A stretch of DNA of 64,000 bases from a virus: positions 1 through 64,000 of the IMG/VR virus record IMGVR_UViG_3300010401_000003. The stretch is one strand, 5' to 3'. Position numbers and translations under genes: made by a program. Below the pieces are notes generated by a model. That model saw only the letters and a list, made by a program, of their open reading frames with translations. It ran no database searches and had not been told where the DNA came from. Positions 49,165 to 58,949 of the stretch are shown one piece after another; position 1 is the first letter of the stretch; every line of letters begins with the position of its first letter.

Positions 49165-50157
49165 CTAGAGTAGCGCCCAAATCACGAGCGCGACAATGCC
49201 GGCGCCGATCGCCAAGGGCGCGATGCTCGATCCGCCGCCTCCGCCGCCGCTCCCGGCGGCGGCGACATTCTTGAAGTCGATCTGCGATTTCAGCTTTTCG
49301 ATGAGCGGCTCCATCGATTTGCTCGGGAGCTCCGTCAAGCACTGCGGATCTTCACCGTGCATGTTGCTCGGCGTCTTCGGGTCGAAGACGTTGAAGAACC
49401 CCGCTGGGCAGTCGCCCTTACTCTGAAACCAGCTCGAGGCATTCTCCATGCGCCCGACCGCGAACCAATCGATCGGCTCGCCGGGCTTGGCGATGGGGCC
49501 GAAGTTACCGTTGAAGTAGGTCAGCCAAACGTAGTCCTTGCAGGTCAGCTTTTCGTTGACGATGCCGAGCTTCTTGGCCACCGCGCACTCGTCGAGCGCC
49601 GTCTTCGTCAACTCGAACTTCTCATACGCTTGCGCCGCCGCGTAGCGCTCGGCGCTCGGCGCAAACTTCGAGAACACCGGCGCCGGTGGCAAGCCCGCTT
49701 CAGTCAGCGCCACGTCGGAAGCGCCTTGGCTGATGGCCAGATCGCGGAGCGTCAAATACGACTTGACGGCAAGGATGCCCTTGGCCGCGCGCTTGGCACG
49801 CGGGGCGGTGAAGTCGTTCCAGGTTTCCGAAACCAAGTCCTCCATGGTCGATCCCTTGGCCACAGGGATCGATTTTCCGATGAAGCCGCCGATGATGCCG
49901 CCCAAGATCGCGCAGCCGCCCGCGACTGGAGCAGTCACTACGAAGGCCGAGCACGCCGCAGCGCCACCAATTGCGCCGCCCACCTCGCCGTAGGCTTTCA
50001 GATCCGCCGAGCTCGTGCCGCCCTTCCGCTCGATGATCTCTCTCGTGAGCGGATTGGTTGCCTTGTCCATTCCGGAATACGCGCCGAGGCCGACGGGCCG
50101 CCTCGAGCTCGGCGAAAGCACGAGCGGGACAGACGCATTCCAGATAAGGGCGGACAT
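49165..50157 (-). CDS. W-leader C-terminally anchored membrane protein
   Basis: MSALIWN..PVGLGA; Gly-zipper segment; Gly linker; terminal TM. Confidence 0.7.
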   Translation of the reverse strand: MSALIWNASVPLVLSPSSRRPVGLGAYSGMDKATNPLTREIIERKGGTSSADLKAYGEVGGAIGGAAACSAFVVTAPVAGGCAILGGIIGGFIGKSIPVAKGSTMEDLVSETWNDFTAPRAKRAAKGILAVKSYLTLRDLAISQGASDVALTEAGLPPAPVFSKFAPSAERYAAAQAYEKFELTKTALDECAVAKKLGIVNEKLTCKDYVWLTYFNGNFGPIAKPGEPIDWFAVGRMENASSWFQSKGDCPAGFFNVFDPKTPSNMHGEDPQCLTELPSKSMEPLIEKLKSQIDFKNVAAAGSGGGGGGSSIAPLAIGAGIVALVIWALL

Positions 50158-50176
50158 CGCCTCACCAGTTTAAGAG

Positions 50177-50923
50177 CTAGCCGGGACAGCGAGCAAGCGT
50201 GAGCGCTCTTTCGAGCGTCCGATCACCCGGCTTCCACACGACGCGAGCTCGGAGGCCGCGCAAGCCGTCAACGCCAATGAAAACGCCCTTGTCGACGAAG
50301 TTTAGCCGGTCGGGATCGAAGGACCTTCCGCCGCCCGCGCCGATGCACACTTCGTCGTCGCAAATCACCTTCACGTTTGGGACGGAGAGGATCCGCTCGT
50401 AGGTGAAGGGGACGCATTTGCCGAGCTGGTAGTCGGTCGACGGATCGCCGTAGTGCCAGCGGCCGTCCAAGTGCGCGGCGCACAGCACGTGCTCGATGTT
50501 GTGCTCGTCGTCGTACGCATGGCCCACCACCAAGGTGTGGATCCCGACGGACATCCAAGCCGCGCCGAGGAGCGTCGCGACGCCGTCGCAATCGTCGCCA
50601 CGAATGCAAACCTTGTTGGGGTTGGTCTTCGGATCGCACGCGAGCAAGGTCGCCGCCGGCATGTATTCGGCCCCGATTGGGTCGGGCACCCATAATTTCT
50701 TCTGGACGGCGGAAAGGAGAATGCGCGCGCGGTCGTTCGGGGTCTTGGCGCTCGAGAGGCCGCGTTCGCGGGCCACGTCGAGCATTTCGATCGCCCAAGT
50801 GCGCACGCCCGGATCGATCGCGCCCTTCGAGACGCGCTTGGCCACTTCGTCGAGCGAGCTATTGACGCCCGCTTTGCCGAATGGGTGCTCGCGTTCGGTT
50901 ACAGCAGTCCAAGGGGCGGGCAT
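50177..50923 (-). CDS. Transglutaminase-like cysteine protease
   Basis: Cys-His-Asp triad GDDCDG..EHVLC..WHYGDPS. Confidence 0.8.
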   Translation of the reverse strand: MPAPWTAVTEREHPFGKAGVNSSLDEVAKRVSKGAIDPGVRTWAIEMLDVARERGLSSAKTPNDRARILLSAVQKKLWVPDPIGAEYMPAATLLACDPKTNPNKVCIRGDDCDGVATLLGAAWMSVGIHTLVVGHAYDDEHNIEHVLCAAHLDGRWHYGDPSTDYQLGKCVPFTYERILSVPNVKVICDDEVCIGAGGGRSFDPDRLNFVDKGVFIGVDGLRGLRARVVWKPGDRTLERALTLARCPG

Positions 50924-50940
50924 CGATTCAGTGTAACCCG

Positions 50941-51255
50941 CTACTTGACGGGCGTCAGCAACGCGCGCGGAAGCGACCAGCCGCGGGTCAATCGGTCATG
51001 GACGGTCGACTTCTTGAACCCGAACGCGCGAGCCTTGGCGGCGACGCTGCCGCATTTCTCCCACGGCTTGAAACGCCGGAAGCCGAGCTTCAGCGCTCGG
51101 CGACGCCGAGCTCGACAGTCTTTACACTCGCCGCGCCGGCCATCAGCGCAACGGCCATCGCGCTGGAATTCATCGATCGGGAGCCACAGGCGACAGCGCG
51201 GATTGTTGCACCGCTTCAGACGTCCAGACCGCGGCTCGACGCGCGGGATCTCCAT
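50941..51255 (-). CDS. Zn-ribbon + DNA-binding tail typical of HNH homing endonucleases, no nuclease core
   Basis: KRCNNPRC..PIDEF..DGRRGECKDC; STVHDRLTRGWSLPRALLTP. Confidence 0.55.
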   Translation of the reverse strand: MEIPRVEPRSGRLKRCNNPRCRLWLPIDEFQRDGRCADGRRGECKDCRARRRRALKLGFRRFKPWEKCGSVAAKARAFGFKKSTVHDRLTRGWSLPRALLTPVK

Positions 51256-51502
51256 CAGCCGGTTTTGCCGCTGGCCACGCTCGAGGCCGCCTCGGCGAGC
51301 TCCCGCGTGACGCCTTCCACGAATGACACACGCCCCGGATCTTCCTCACCGGGCACCTCGGCGTTGATCGCTCGCACGGCTTCGACGAGCTGCGCGGCGT
51401 GCTCGGGGCGCATCATGATCGCGACTTGCATCTGCACGAAGCGCCCGGCGGCGGCGGGTTCGCAAGCGACGCGGATGGTGACGTCCTTGGTCTGGTAGGT
51501 GT

Positions 51503-51943
51503 TCAATGGAGATTCCTTTCGGGGTGGGCGAAGTCTATGTGTGCTGCGCACGCGGCGGAGCACACCGCTTCGTGGTCTTCGTTGACGTACCAGTCGTGCT
51601 GGAAGGACACCCATTTGTGATCTCCGAGCACGACCACTTCGGATTTCTCGCCGCAACAGGCGCAGGTCACCGGCATCAGGACGATGCCCTTTTCGCGCGC
51701 GCGCTTCTTCCAGTAGTTCAGGAGAGGTTGGGCGAGGAGACCGTGCAGCGGCCAGATCATCAACTGCACGAGCAGGCCGACCATCGACCACAAGAGCACC
51801 CAGGCGCGCGCGGTCGGCCAGCGGCGCATCTGATTTTTCACCACGCTCTTTACGCCGCGGCCCACGTCGGGATTGACGAGAAAAAGGAGCGCCTGGCCCG
51901 CAATCCCGCCCAGCCACAACCAGAAAAGCAACGACACGATCAC
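51503..51943 (-). CDS. Membrane protein with C-terminal Cys cluster
   Basis: Two TMs; CACCG..VCSAAC. Confidence 0.6.
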   Translation of the reverse strand: MIVSLLFWLWLGGIAGQALLFLVNPDVGRGVKSVVKNQMRRWPTARAWVLLWSMVGLLVQLMIWPLHGLLAQPLLNYWKKRAREKGIVLMPVTCACCGEKSEVVVLGDHKWVSFQHDWYVNEDHEAVCSAACAAHIDFAHPERNLH

Positions 51944-53835
51944 GCTCCGTCGGAAGGAGTGACCGGAGCGATGAAGTCGGGCGGAGGCGGAAGCGGCTCG
52001 GCCTTCTCGGGCTCGGGTGCAGGCGGCGGTGGCGGAGGCGGCGCCACGGGCGCGCTCACCATGACGTGGCCGGGCGGCGGCGTGTATTGCGTCTGCGTGT
52101 ATTGCGACGCCGGCACGAACGGAGGAGCGGGTGGAGGGGGAGGCGGCGGAGGTTGCGCCACGAACGGTGCCGGCGGCGGTGGCGGTGGCGTCACGAGCGG
52201 CGTCGCGGTGCCCATGCGCGCAGCTTCCGCTTTGATGACTTCGGATCGCGCGATGCGCTCTTGAGCCGTCGCCACGCGCTCGAGCACTTCGGCGCTCTTG
52301 ATCTGCGCTTCGGCCTTCAGCTTCGCGGCTTCGGCTTCGCGCGTGATGATGTCCATCTGATCTTTCTTCCGCTTGTCCATCATTTCGACGAATTCCTTGA
52401 CCGCGGCTTTGCCGAGGTCTTGGAACTTGTCGAAGTTCGAGGCGACGAAGGGACCGAAGCCCGTCACCATTTCGCCGTCGATCGCCGTTACGCGAAACGG
52501 CCCGACGTCGCGGACCTTGAGCGGGAAGTCATCGTCGGCGGCGGGATTTTCCCGGTGTTCCGGGGTTTCACTCTTTTCAGGGGCGAGCGCCTCGCGCGTC
52601 TTGCCCATGAGGTTCGAGAGCTCGAGCACCGATTGCACCGATTGTCGGGCCGCTTCCATCGGCGTCAGTTGCACCGGAGGCGGCGCCGGTTTTTCCACTG
52701 GCGCCGAGGCGGGCTGCTGGAGAGGGGACCAGGCCGAGCCGTTCCAGACGATCCATTGGCCGTTCCAGAATATCGGCTGACCAGGGGCGGGGCCGGCTTG
52801 CTGTTGCTGTTGGGGTTGCTCGCGGCGGGCGGCGGAGAGCTCGGCGACCAGGCGGTCGTTCATGGTGATGAGGGCGGCGATCGCGGCGTCGTTGGTCGGC
52901 GCCGCGGCCGGCGGCGGGGGAGGCGGCGGCTGGTGCTGCTGGTACTGCGGGCCGGCTACGCCGCTCGGTGGAGGCGGATACTGCGGACCAGGCGCGCCTT
53001 GGGGATACGCTGGCGGCGCACCATGCGCGGGCGGGTAGCCCGGAGGCGGATACGGCGCGGGAGCGGATTGAGGAGGAACGGCCCCCGGGGGATATCCATA
53101 ACGCGGATCGTACGCTTGCTGCGGAGGGTAGCCAGCGGGCGGGTAACCCTGCGGCGGATAGCCGCCTTGGGGCGGGTAGCCTTGCTGCGGCGGATAGCCG
53201 GGAGGAGCGCCGTAGCCGCCTTGCGGCGGGTAGCCTTGTTGCGGCGGGTAGCCGGGCGGGGGGTAGCCGTTTCCTCGCTGACTCATTTCTCGGTCCTCTT
53301 CCTGCCAACGCGGATCGTCGAGCATGTAGATCATGCCCGTTGCCCAACATGGCTCCGTCGAATCTCCGATGGTCCACTTGCAAGTGCACTTCTTGCCCTG
53401 CGTGTATTCCGCTACAAATCGCTGGAGGTCCCGCCACTCACGCAGCGATTCCACCGGCACCACGGGCAAGTGCGCGCGCGTCGGCTCCGTCATCATGATC
53501 GTGACGGACGAATTTGGATGGAGCATCACCGCTTGCTGGTAGCGGAGCGGGAAGTCGGCGTTTAGCTTGACGTTGCGATCGCCACGATGCTTCTGCGCGA
53601 CCTGGCCGCGATACTGCTGAGATATGACGGCGGCGGTGCGATCGAGCGGAATATTGAGCGCGTCTTCGGGCGAGACTTCGACTTCGTCTCCGATCGGCAT
53701 GCTGTGAGCGTCAACCGGGAAGCCGTTGACGACCGCCTTTGCCGAGTCTTGGAGATCCGGCGGCGGGGCGGGCGGGTGACGCACGCGCGCGTCGCCGTTG
53801 GTTCCGTTTTCGAGACGTTTTCGACGACTTGCCAT
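51940..53835 (-). CDS. Large Pro/Gly/Tyr/Gln-rich low-complexity protein with coiled coil
   Basis: GYPPQ repeats, poly-Pro tracts, charged helix. Confidence 0.75.
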   Translation of the reverse strand: MASRRKRLENGTNGDARVRHPPAPPPDLQDSAKAVVNGFPVDAHSMPIGDEVEVSPEDALNIPLDRTAAVISQQYRGQVAQKHRGDRNVKLNADFPLRYQQAVMLHPNSSVTIMMTEPTRAHLPVVPVESLREWRDLQRFVAEYTQGKKCTCKWTIGDSTEPCWATGMIYMLDDPRWQEEDREMSQRGNGYPPPGYPPQQGYPPQGGYGAPPGYPPQQGYPPQGGYPPQGYPPAGYPPQQAYDPRYGYPPGAVPPQSAPAPYPPPGYPPAHGAPPAYPQGAPGPQYPPPPSGVAGPQYQQHQPPPPPPPAAAPTNDAAIAALITMNDRLVAELSAARREQPQQQQQAGPAPGQPIFWNGQWIVWNGSAWSPLQQPASAPVEKPAPPPVQLTPMEAARQSVQSVLELSNLMGKTREALAPEKSETPEHRENPAADDDFPLKVRDVGPFRVTAIDGEMVTGFGPFVASNFDKFQDLGKAAVKEFVEMMDKRKKDQMDIITREAEAAKLKAEAQIKSAEVLERVATAQERIARSEVIKAEAARMGTATPLVTPPPPPPAPFVAQPPPPPPPPAPPFVPASQYTQTQYTPPPGHVMVSAPVAPPPPPPPAPEPEKAEPLPPPPDFIAPVTPSDGA

Positions 53836-54185
53836 TTTGGTGCGCTATCAAGTAACCACGGGCTCGGACGCCGTCACGGCCGCCGGCATCAATGCGGCGA
53901 AGATTCGACCGAAGAGATTGCGGGTCGCCTTCTTCAAGAGCTCGTCCGTTGGGAAGGCGTAGTTGCCTTGGGCTTCCACGTCATAGATCAGGCGGCGGCG
54001 GATTTGCCCGGAGAAGGGCGAGGCTTCGGTGATGTCGTCCGCGAGGTTTAGGCCGATGAGGGCGGCGGTCTCGCCGTTGTGATCGAAGACGATGGTGCTG
54101 GCGGCTTTGAGGAAGAGTTTCGTGCCGGGACCGGACGGTTGGTTTCCGACGTTGAGGTCGTAGATGAGCTCGATTTGGTTTGCCA

Positions 54186-54404
54186 TCACTCAGCTGCCTT
54201 TCCGTTTACCGGCGACTCTTTGACGAGTCGACCCTGCTTCACTTCGGCACGATGAAGCCTTGCAAGCGCGAGCGCAATCACCGCGCTTCGGTTGATGTCG
54301 TTGGAGTCGGCGAGCGACTCCAGATGGCGGAAGGATTTTGTATTCAAAAACACCACTACTCGAACACGATCCACCTGCCTGCGTTTGGCGGGGCGGGCGG
54401 CCAT
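54186..54404 (-). CDS. Ribbon-helix-helix DNA-binding protein
   Basis: RVVVFL..HLESLA..INRSAVIALAL. Confidence 0.6.
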   Translation of the reverse strand: MAARPAKRRQVDRVRVVVFLNTKSFRHLESLADSNDINRSAVIALALARLHRAEVKQGRLVKESPVNGKAAE

Positions 54405-54423
54405 TTTTCTAGGTGACCTCCAT

Positions 54424-55053
54424 TTACGCGGTCGGGGAAACGTTTGTGCCGTTGGGTTTGGCGGCCGCCGGCTCTTCGTCGTCTTCGTCGTCGTCGTCGT
54501 CGGCGGTCTCTTCGGCCTGCACGACTTCGATGAGCTCGACGAGCTCTTTGGCGAGAATGCGATCGACCTCGCAAAATTGCTTCAAACGCGGGAAGCGCTC
54601 GTCGACCCAAGAGTTGATCTGCTCGTCGAGATCCGGATCGGGGCCGGGCGGGATCAAATCCTGATTGAGCGTATTCATCATTTTCCCGAACATATCGATG
54701 GCGTCGTTGAAGCCTTGCGTACGGCAAAGGCGCGCCACGTTGTCGGCGGGGATCTCGTGCACTTGCGTCTCTTCGGGGCACGCGGGGCAGCCCGCGCGGT
54801 TAAGGGGCTGGCACTCAGGACACATGCCGGGGTTTTTGATGCCGTGCATGCCGGCGGCATCGCGCATCAGCACGTAGTAGCGCTCGGGGCGGATGGTCTT
54901 CGTCAAGCCGTGGAAGCTTTCGACGATTTCCGACTCGTAGCCGATCAGCCAGATGATGCCGCGGATGTTTTCTTTGCCCGTGTTGGGCCATTCTTCGTTG
55001 CAGGTGTAGACCGTGCCGTCCTTGCAAATCAGGCGGAAGTACTGTCGTTGCAT
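54424..55053 (-). CDS. Hypothetical protein with CxxC..CxxC and acidic tail
   Basis: CPEC..CPACP; DDDDDEDDEE. Confidence 0.6.
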   Translation of the reverse strand: MQRQYFRLICKDGTVYTCNEEWPNTGKENIRGIIWLIGYESEIVESFHGLTKTIRPERYYVLMRDAAGMHGIKNPGMCPECQPLNRAGCPACPEETQVHEIPADNVARLCRTQGFNDAIDMFGKMMNTLNQDLIPPGPDPDLDEQINSWVDERFPRLKQFCEVDRILAKELVELIEVVQAEETADDDDDEDDEEPAAAKPNGTNVSPTA

Positions 55054-55253
55054 CGATTACCGGCTCGCTTTCCCAGTGCACAAAATAGACACAAGCTCGG
55101 CGGGAGCGCCATAGGCCACAAAAAATCACGGCCACCTCGATCGCCCCGGCGGGTGGTGTTGTTTCCCTATATGGGAGACTCCGCCGAGCGCAACAGAAGT
55201 GGCCGAGACGAGAATCCGCGGTGAGCAGTCCTCGACGGCGAGGGTAGGCACTC

Positions 55254-56783
55254 TCACGCTGAAGCGCAAGTGGTGGAGAGTAGGTCGAAAAGAGTCGGGA
55301 TTGGTGGGCCGCGAGCTCGAGTCACGTCCGGCCGCGGTGGAGCGTGCGGGCGCAGGGAGTCGATCGCGCCACAAGCTCGGCACTCGCAGTGCTGTTTTAC
55401 CCAGAATTTTCGGCTAGCTGTGATGAGGCGCCCAGAATCGAGGCCGCAATAGACGGCGGAAAAAAGCCACGGGCTCATGAACACCGCGCCGTTTTTTCCC
55501 GACTCGATGTCTTTGGTCAGGTATTTGATGAGCTCGAGACCGAGGTCGAAGCCATCGACCGTGGCAGAATTCCCCCGCGGGGTCACGCGCTTGATGTGGA
55601 CCATCGGGTAGGGGAGCCTCTGCGGCTGGTAGCGCGCCCAGGTCAGCGCGACTTCGTCGTTTGCCGCCTGGAGCTCCGCGACCACGGCCTTCTTGTCCAT
55701 CCAAGCGTGCTCCGGCCAGTGCTCTTTCGGGAAGCCCGCTTTCATCAGAGCGCGGCCCCACATGGCGCGAATGATCTGCACGCGAAGGAATGGCGAAAGA
55801 AGCCAAATGTGGATATGCACGTGCCCGAGCTCGTCGCGGCCGGTGGTCGCTTCGATCACACGCACGAACGAAATCAGATCGAGACCGGGATGTACGTTGC
55901 CTTTTCTCTTGAAGCGATTGCGAAGCGAATTCCAAAATCGACTCCACGCGTTTCGCACAAGATAGGCTTGCGCGTCGGGCCCGCGAAGCACCTTCCATGA
56001 GACTGTGCCGTCGGGGTTTTCGATCTTCGCCATGATGGATTGCTCCATCGTCAAGTGCGGACAGGTGAGCGTGATGAAGCGCTCGACCAGCGGATCGGAT
56101 TTGACCTGACCGGGACCGAGGCGTGCGTCACGCACTCGTTGCAGGGCGTTTATGCGTGAGAGGGTGAAGCGCTTTCGGTTTTTCTTGATCTTGATTTGCC
56201 GGCAGTCGTGACAGAGCAGGATCGCTCCGCACATTTTTTTCAGCACTAGAGGATTGCCGGCAGCGTCGGCGCATTGGTTTTTGCAATGCACGCACTGCAA
56301 GATGCCGCGCTCTTCTTTGCCGCACTCAGCGACGCGCTTGAAGCGCTCCTCTTGGCCTTTCGCTCGATGGGCGTGCCAGCGGCTATCGATGCGGCGATCG
56401 CACTCTTCGAAGATTCGGGTGATGTAGTCGCTGGTGAGCTCGTTGACTTCGCGCAGCAAACGCGCGGCGCCGCGGGTGCGCTGACGGATCTGCGTGTCCC
56501 AGCGGCGGAGGATCTTTTTTATTTCGGGCGTGCCGCCCGGCAGCGCTCGCCGCTTGGCGAGAGGTCCGCAGCCGCGCTCGTCATCCAGGGCTTGGCGGAT
56601 GGTGTTCCGGACGAAGAGCGCCTCCTCGCTTCGCTGTTGACCCTTGTCGGAGATTCGGTCAGCGCGGTCTTTTCGGTGCGGGCGTGTGAAGCGCTCGGCG
56701 TCTGTTAGCCACCAATCGGGCTTTTGTTTGAGGCTCTTTGCGCGCGCGACCGGATTTGTGAGCGCAAAGACCGCGGCTTGCAT
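55254..56783 (-). CDS. rep: Rolling-circle replication initiator (HUH endonuclease)
   Basis: Motif I FITLTCPH, motif II GHVHIHIWL, motif III IKYLTKD; preceding Cys zinc-finger cluster. Confidence 0.88.
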   Translation of the reverse strand: MQAAVFALTNPVARAKSLKQKPDWWLTDAERFTRPHRKDRADRISDKGQQRSEEALFVRNTIRQALDDERGCGPLAKRRALPGGTPEIKKILRRWDTQIRQRTRGAARLLREVNELTSDYITRIFEECDRRIDSRWHAHRAKGQEERFKRVAECGKEERGILQCVHCKNQCADAAGNPLVLKKMCGAILLCHDCRQIKIKKNRKRFTLSRINALQRVRDARLGPGQVKSDPLVERFITLTCPHLTMEQSIMAKIENPDGTVSWKVLRGPDAQAYLVRNAWSRFWNSLRNRFKRKGNVHPGLDLISFVRVIEATTGRDELGHVHIHIWLLSPFLRVQIIRAMWGRALMKAGFPKEHWPEHAWMDKKAVVAELQAANDEVALTWARYQPQRLPYPMVHIKRVTPRGNSATVDGFDLGLELIKYLTKDIESGKNGAVFMSPWLFSAVYCGLDSGRLITASRKFWVKQHCECRACGAIDSLRPHAPPRPDVTRARGPPIPTLFDLLSTTCASA

Positions 56784-56796
56784 GGATCCGCGGTGC

Positions 56797-58456
56797 TCAG
56801 ACTGGCAAGCGGGCGCGGATCTGGGTTTTCAGGATCCCACGCACGTCGATGGCCGCACGGTGACGCACTTCGAAGGCGGTAGCGTGCGGGGCACGCAGCC
56901 GCGCTTCGTAGCGCGCTTGGTCGAAAATCTCGACGATCGACAGATCGGAGACTCCGAGAAGGATGAGCGCGTAGCGGAGCTCGGACTCGAGCGCGAGTGC
57001 ATCGGTCTCGAGCGCGGCGTCGCGAATTGCGTCGTTGACTAAATGCTCTGCGGGCTCAGTGATCCGGTCGGACGGAAGCCACGCGGGAAACAACACCATC
57101 GGAACGGCCACCGTAAACGCGTGGCCGATCGAAGGTCAACAAACGGGAGAAAGAAAAATTCACCAGTTCTTTTGGCGCCAATTTGGATCGCAGGTGTCGA
57201 GAATCGCCACAGCCAAGAGCGCCACGCAGCGGCGGATCTTCACAGCGTTTGCTGAAGAAACGTCACGCATCCCACCGATCATCAATAGCAAAGAAGCGCC
57301 CCGCATGAACGACGCGGCGTTGCTCAGCACGGCGCCGGTGGCGACATGCTCGAGCGAAGACCAGTCGGGAGCGTTGTCGGCGCGTGTTGCAATCGTGTAC
57401 GCCTGGAGGCGGCGCTCCGACCAAAACGCTTGTAGACCGCCGCGCGCGGCGGTCGCCAGCGCCGCGGCCGCGTCGCTGTAGCCGCGCGCCTCGAGCCAGC
57501 GCGCAGCTCGCAGAAATTCGGGTGACGCGCGAAATTGCCGTTGTCTTCCCCGAGCCGCCTTTCGATAGCGATCGACGTCCGGTCCTTCGGGCGGCTCAAC
57601 CACGCTCGGCCTTTGGAACTGCCGGCGGCGCCGGCGGGGCGGGATCGGTCGGCGCTTCCGCCGGCTCGGTGGGCCGAGCGGGCGGGAGGATCGGAGGAAC
57701 CGTCCCCGGAGGGGTCGGTTTCCAAGGTTTTGAAGGGGTTTCCGGTTTTGTAGGCGGCTCGTCCGGCGGGAAGCTCATGGCGATTTTTCCGGATCGTCGG
57801 GACCTACGGCCATTTCTCGCAAAATTCCGTCGATCGTTGTGACCACGTGGGTTTTCAAAATGTACCTAACCGTGCGTAACATTTCGATTCCCACCACGTG
57901 CTCGGGGATCTCTCCTTTCGGATCTTGAGAAAGCTCTCGGAAATTTTCAATTATTTCGAGGCATACGGCGATTTGTTTGGCGAGATTGTCGGCGTTGCTA
58001 TCGGCCAGAAGCTCTTCCGCCCGCTCGATCATGACTTTGGTCGAGGCACGCTGGGCGTCGAACACGCGATTTTGCTTGGCACGCTTCTTGGGGCTGAATC
58101 TTTTCATATGGTTACCGATGTATGGTCATTTCGTTTTTCACAGTTGTTCGATTCTGTATCGAGCAGAGAGATCAGAACAGAGCGCCGCGCGAAGCATCGG
58201 GCCAATCGCTTCCCAGCCGCGTCTCTCGCGCCGCGATGTTTTGGCAGATCCAGCCTAGCTTTTCGCGCTCGGCGAGCGCATTGGCCAAGCGGATCAGCTT
58301 TTTTCTGACCCGCGGAGAGTGCTTGTATCCGAGTGCAATACGGCGGAGTCGTTCGGATTTTCTCTCGGCTCGAATGACGAATCGGTGCCGCGTAGCCCAC
58401 TGCGCATCGTCGGCTTCGGCCGATTGAATTTGACTCGGTCTCATAAATTTGTGCAT
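56797..58456 (-). CDS. Five small hypothetical genes upstream of rep (56797..57111, 57160..57603, 57596..57778, 57775..58107, 58172..58456)
   Basis: Co-oriented, partly overlapping ORFs. Confidence 0.5.
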
Positions 58457-58467
58457 CGTGAAACTCC

Positions 58468-58899
58468 GTGAAACCGGTTGGCCATCGACACACGGAGGCG
58501 CTTCGGGCGGAACTGGCCCGGTGCTGGTGTCCTTGGCACAAGGCTTACCATCCGCGCGAGGAATTCGCCGTGTTCCGGGGCAAGCGCGACCGGTATTGCC
58601 GCGAGGCGCGCCGGGCTTACCAGCGGGAGTACTGGATCCGGAGCAATGGCACGGACAAGCGAAACGAGCGTTACTCGCAAGATCCCGAATTCAGGGATAA
58701 AGTTCGGGCGCGCTCGCGATTGGGGGGCAAGATCGCGCGCGGAACGCTCCTGCGAGGAGAGTGCGAAGGCTGCGGGACTACTGAGAATGTCCATGGGCAT
58801 CACGAAAGCTACGACAAGGACTGGATTATTTGGCTTTGTGCCAAGTGCCACGCCAAGCATCACCGGCGGGATTTTTTAGTTCGGATTGACGCGGCCTAG
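58468..58899 (+). CDS. HNH-like zinc-binding endonuclease
   Basis: CEGCG..VHGHHESY..IWLCAKCHAKHH; lone + strand gene in a - strand block. Confidence 0.75.
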   Translation: MKPVGHRHTEALRAELARCWCPWHKAYHPREEFAVFRGKRDRYCREARRAYQREYWIRSNGTDKRNERYSQDPEFRDKVRARSRLGGKIARGTLLRGECEGCGTTENVHGHHESYDKDWIIWLCAKCHAKHHRRDFLVRIDAA

Positions 58900-58949
58900 T
58901 CTCTCTCTGTTACGGGGATGGGCACCATTCGGGAGCGCAGACTGCGCCT

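Noticed and set aside
55164-55176. TCCC-TATAT-GGGA mini-hairpin downstream of rep as the double-strand origin
   Set aside because: Only a 4-bp stem and no match to a nick-site consensus I can confirm
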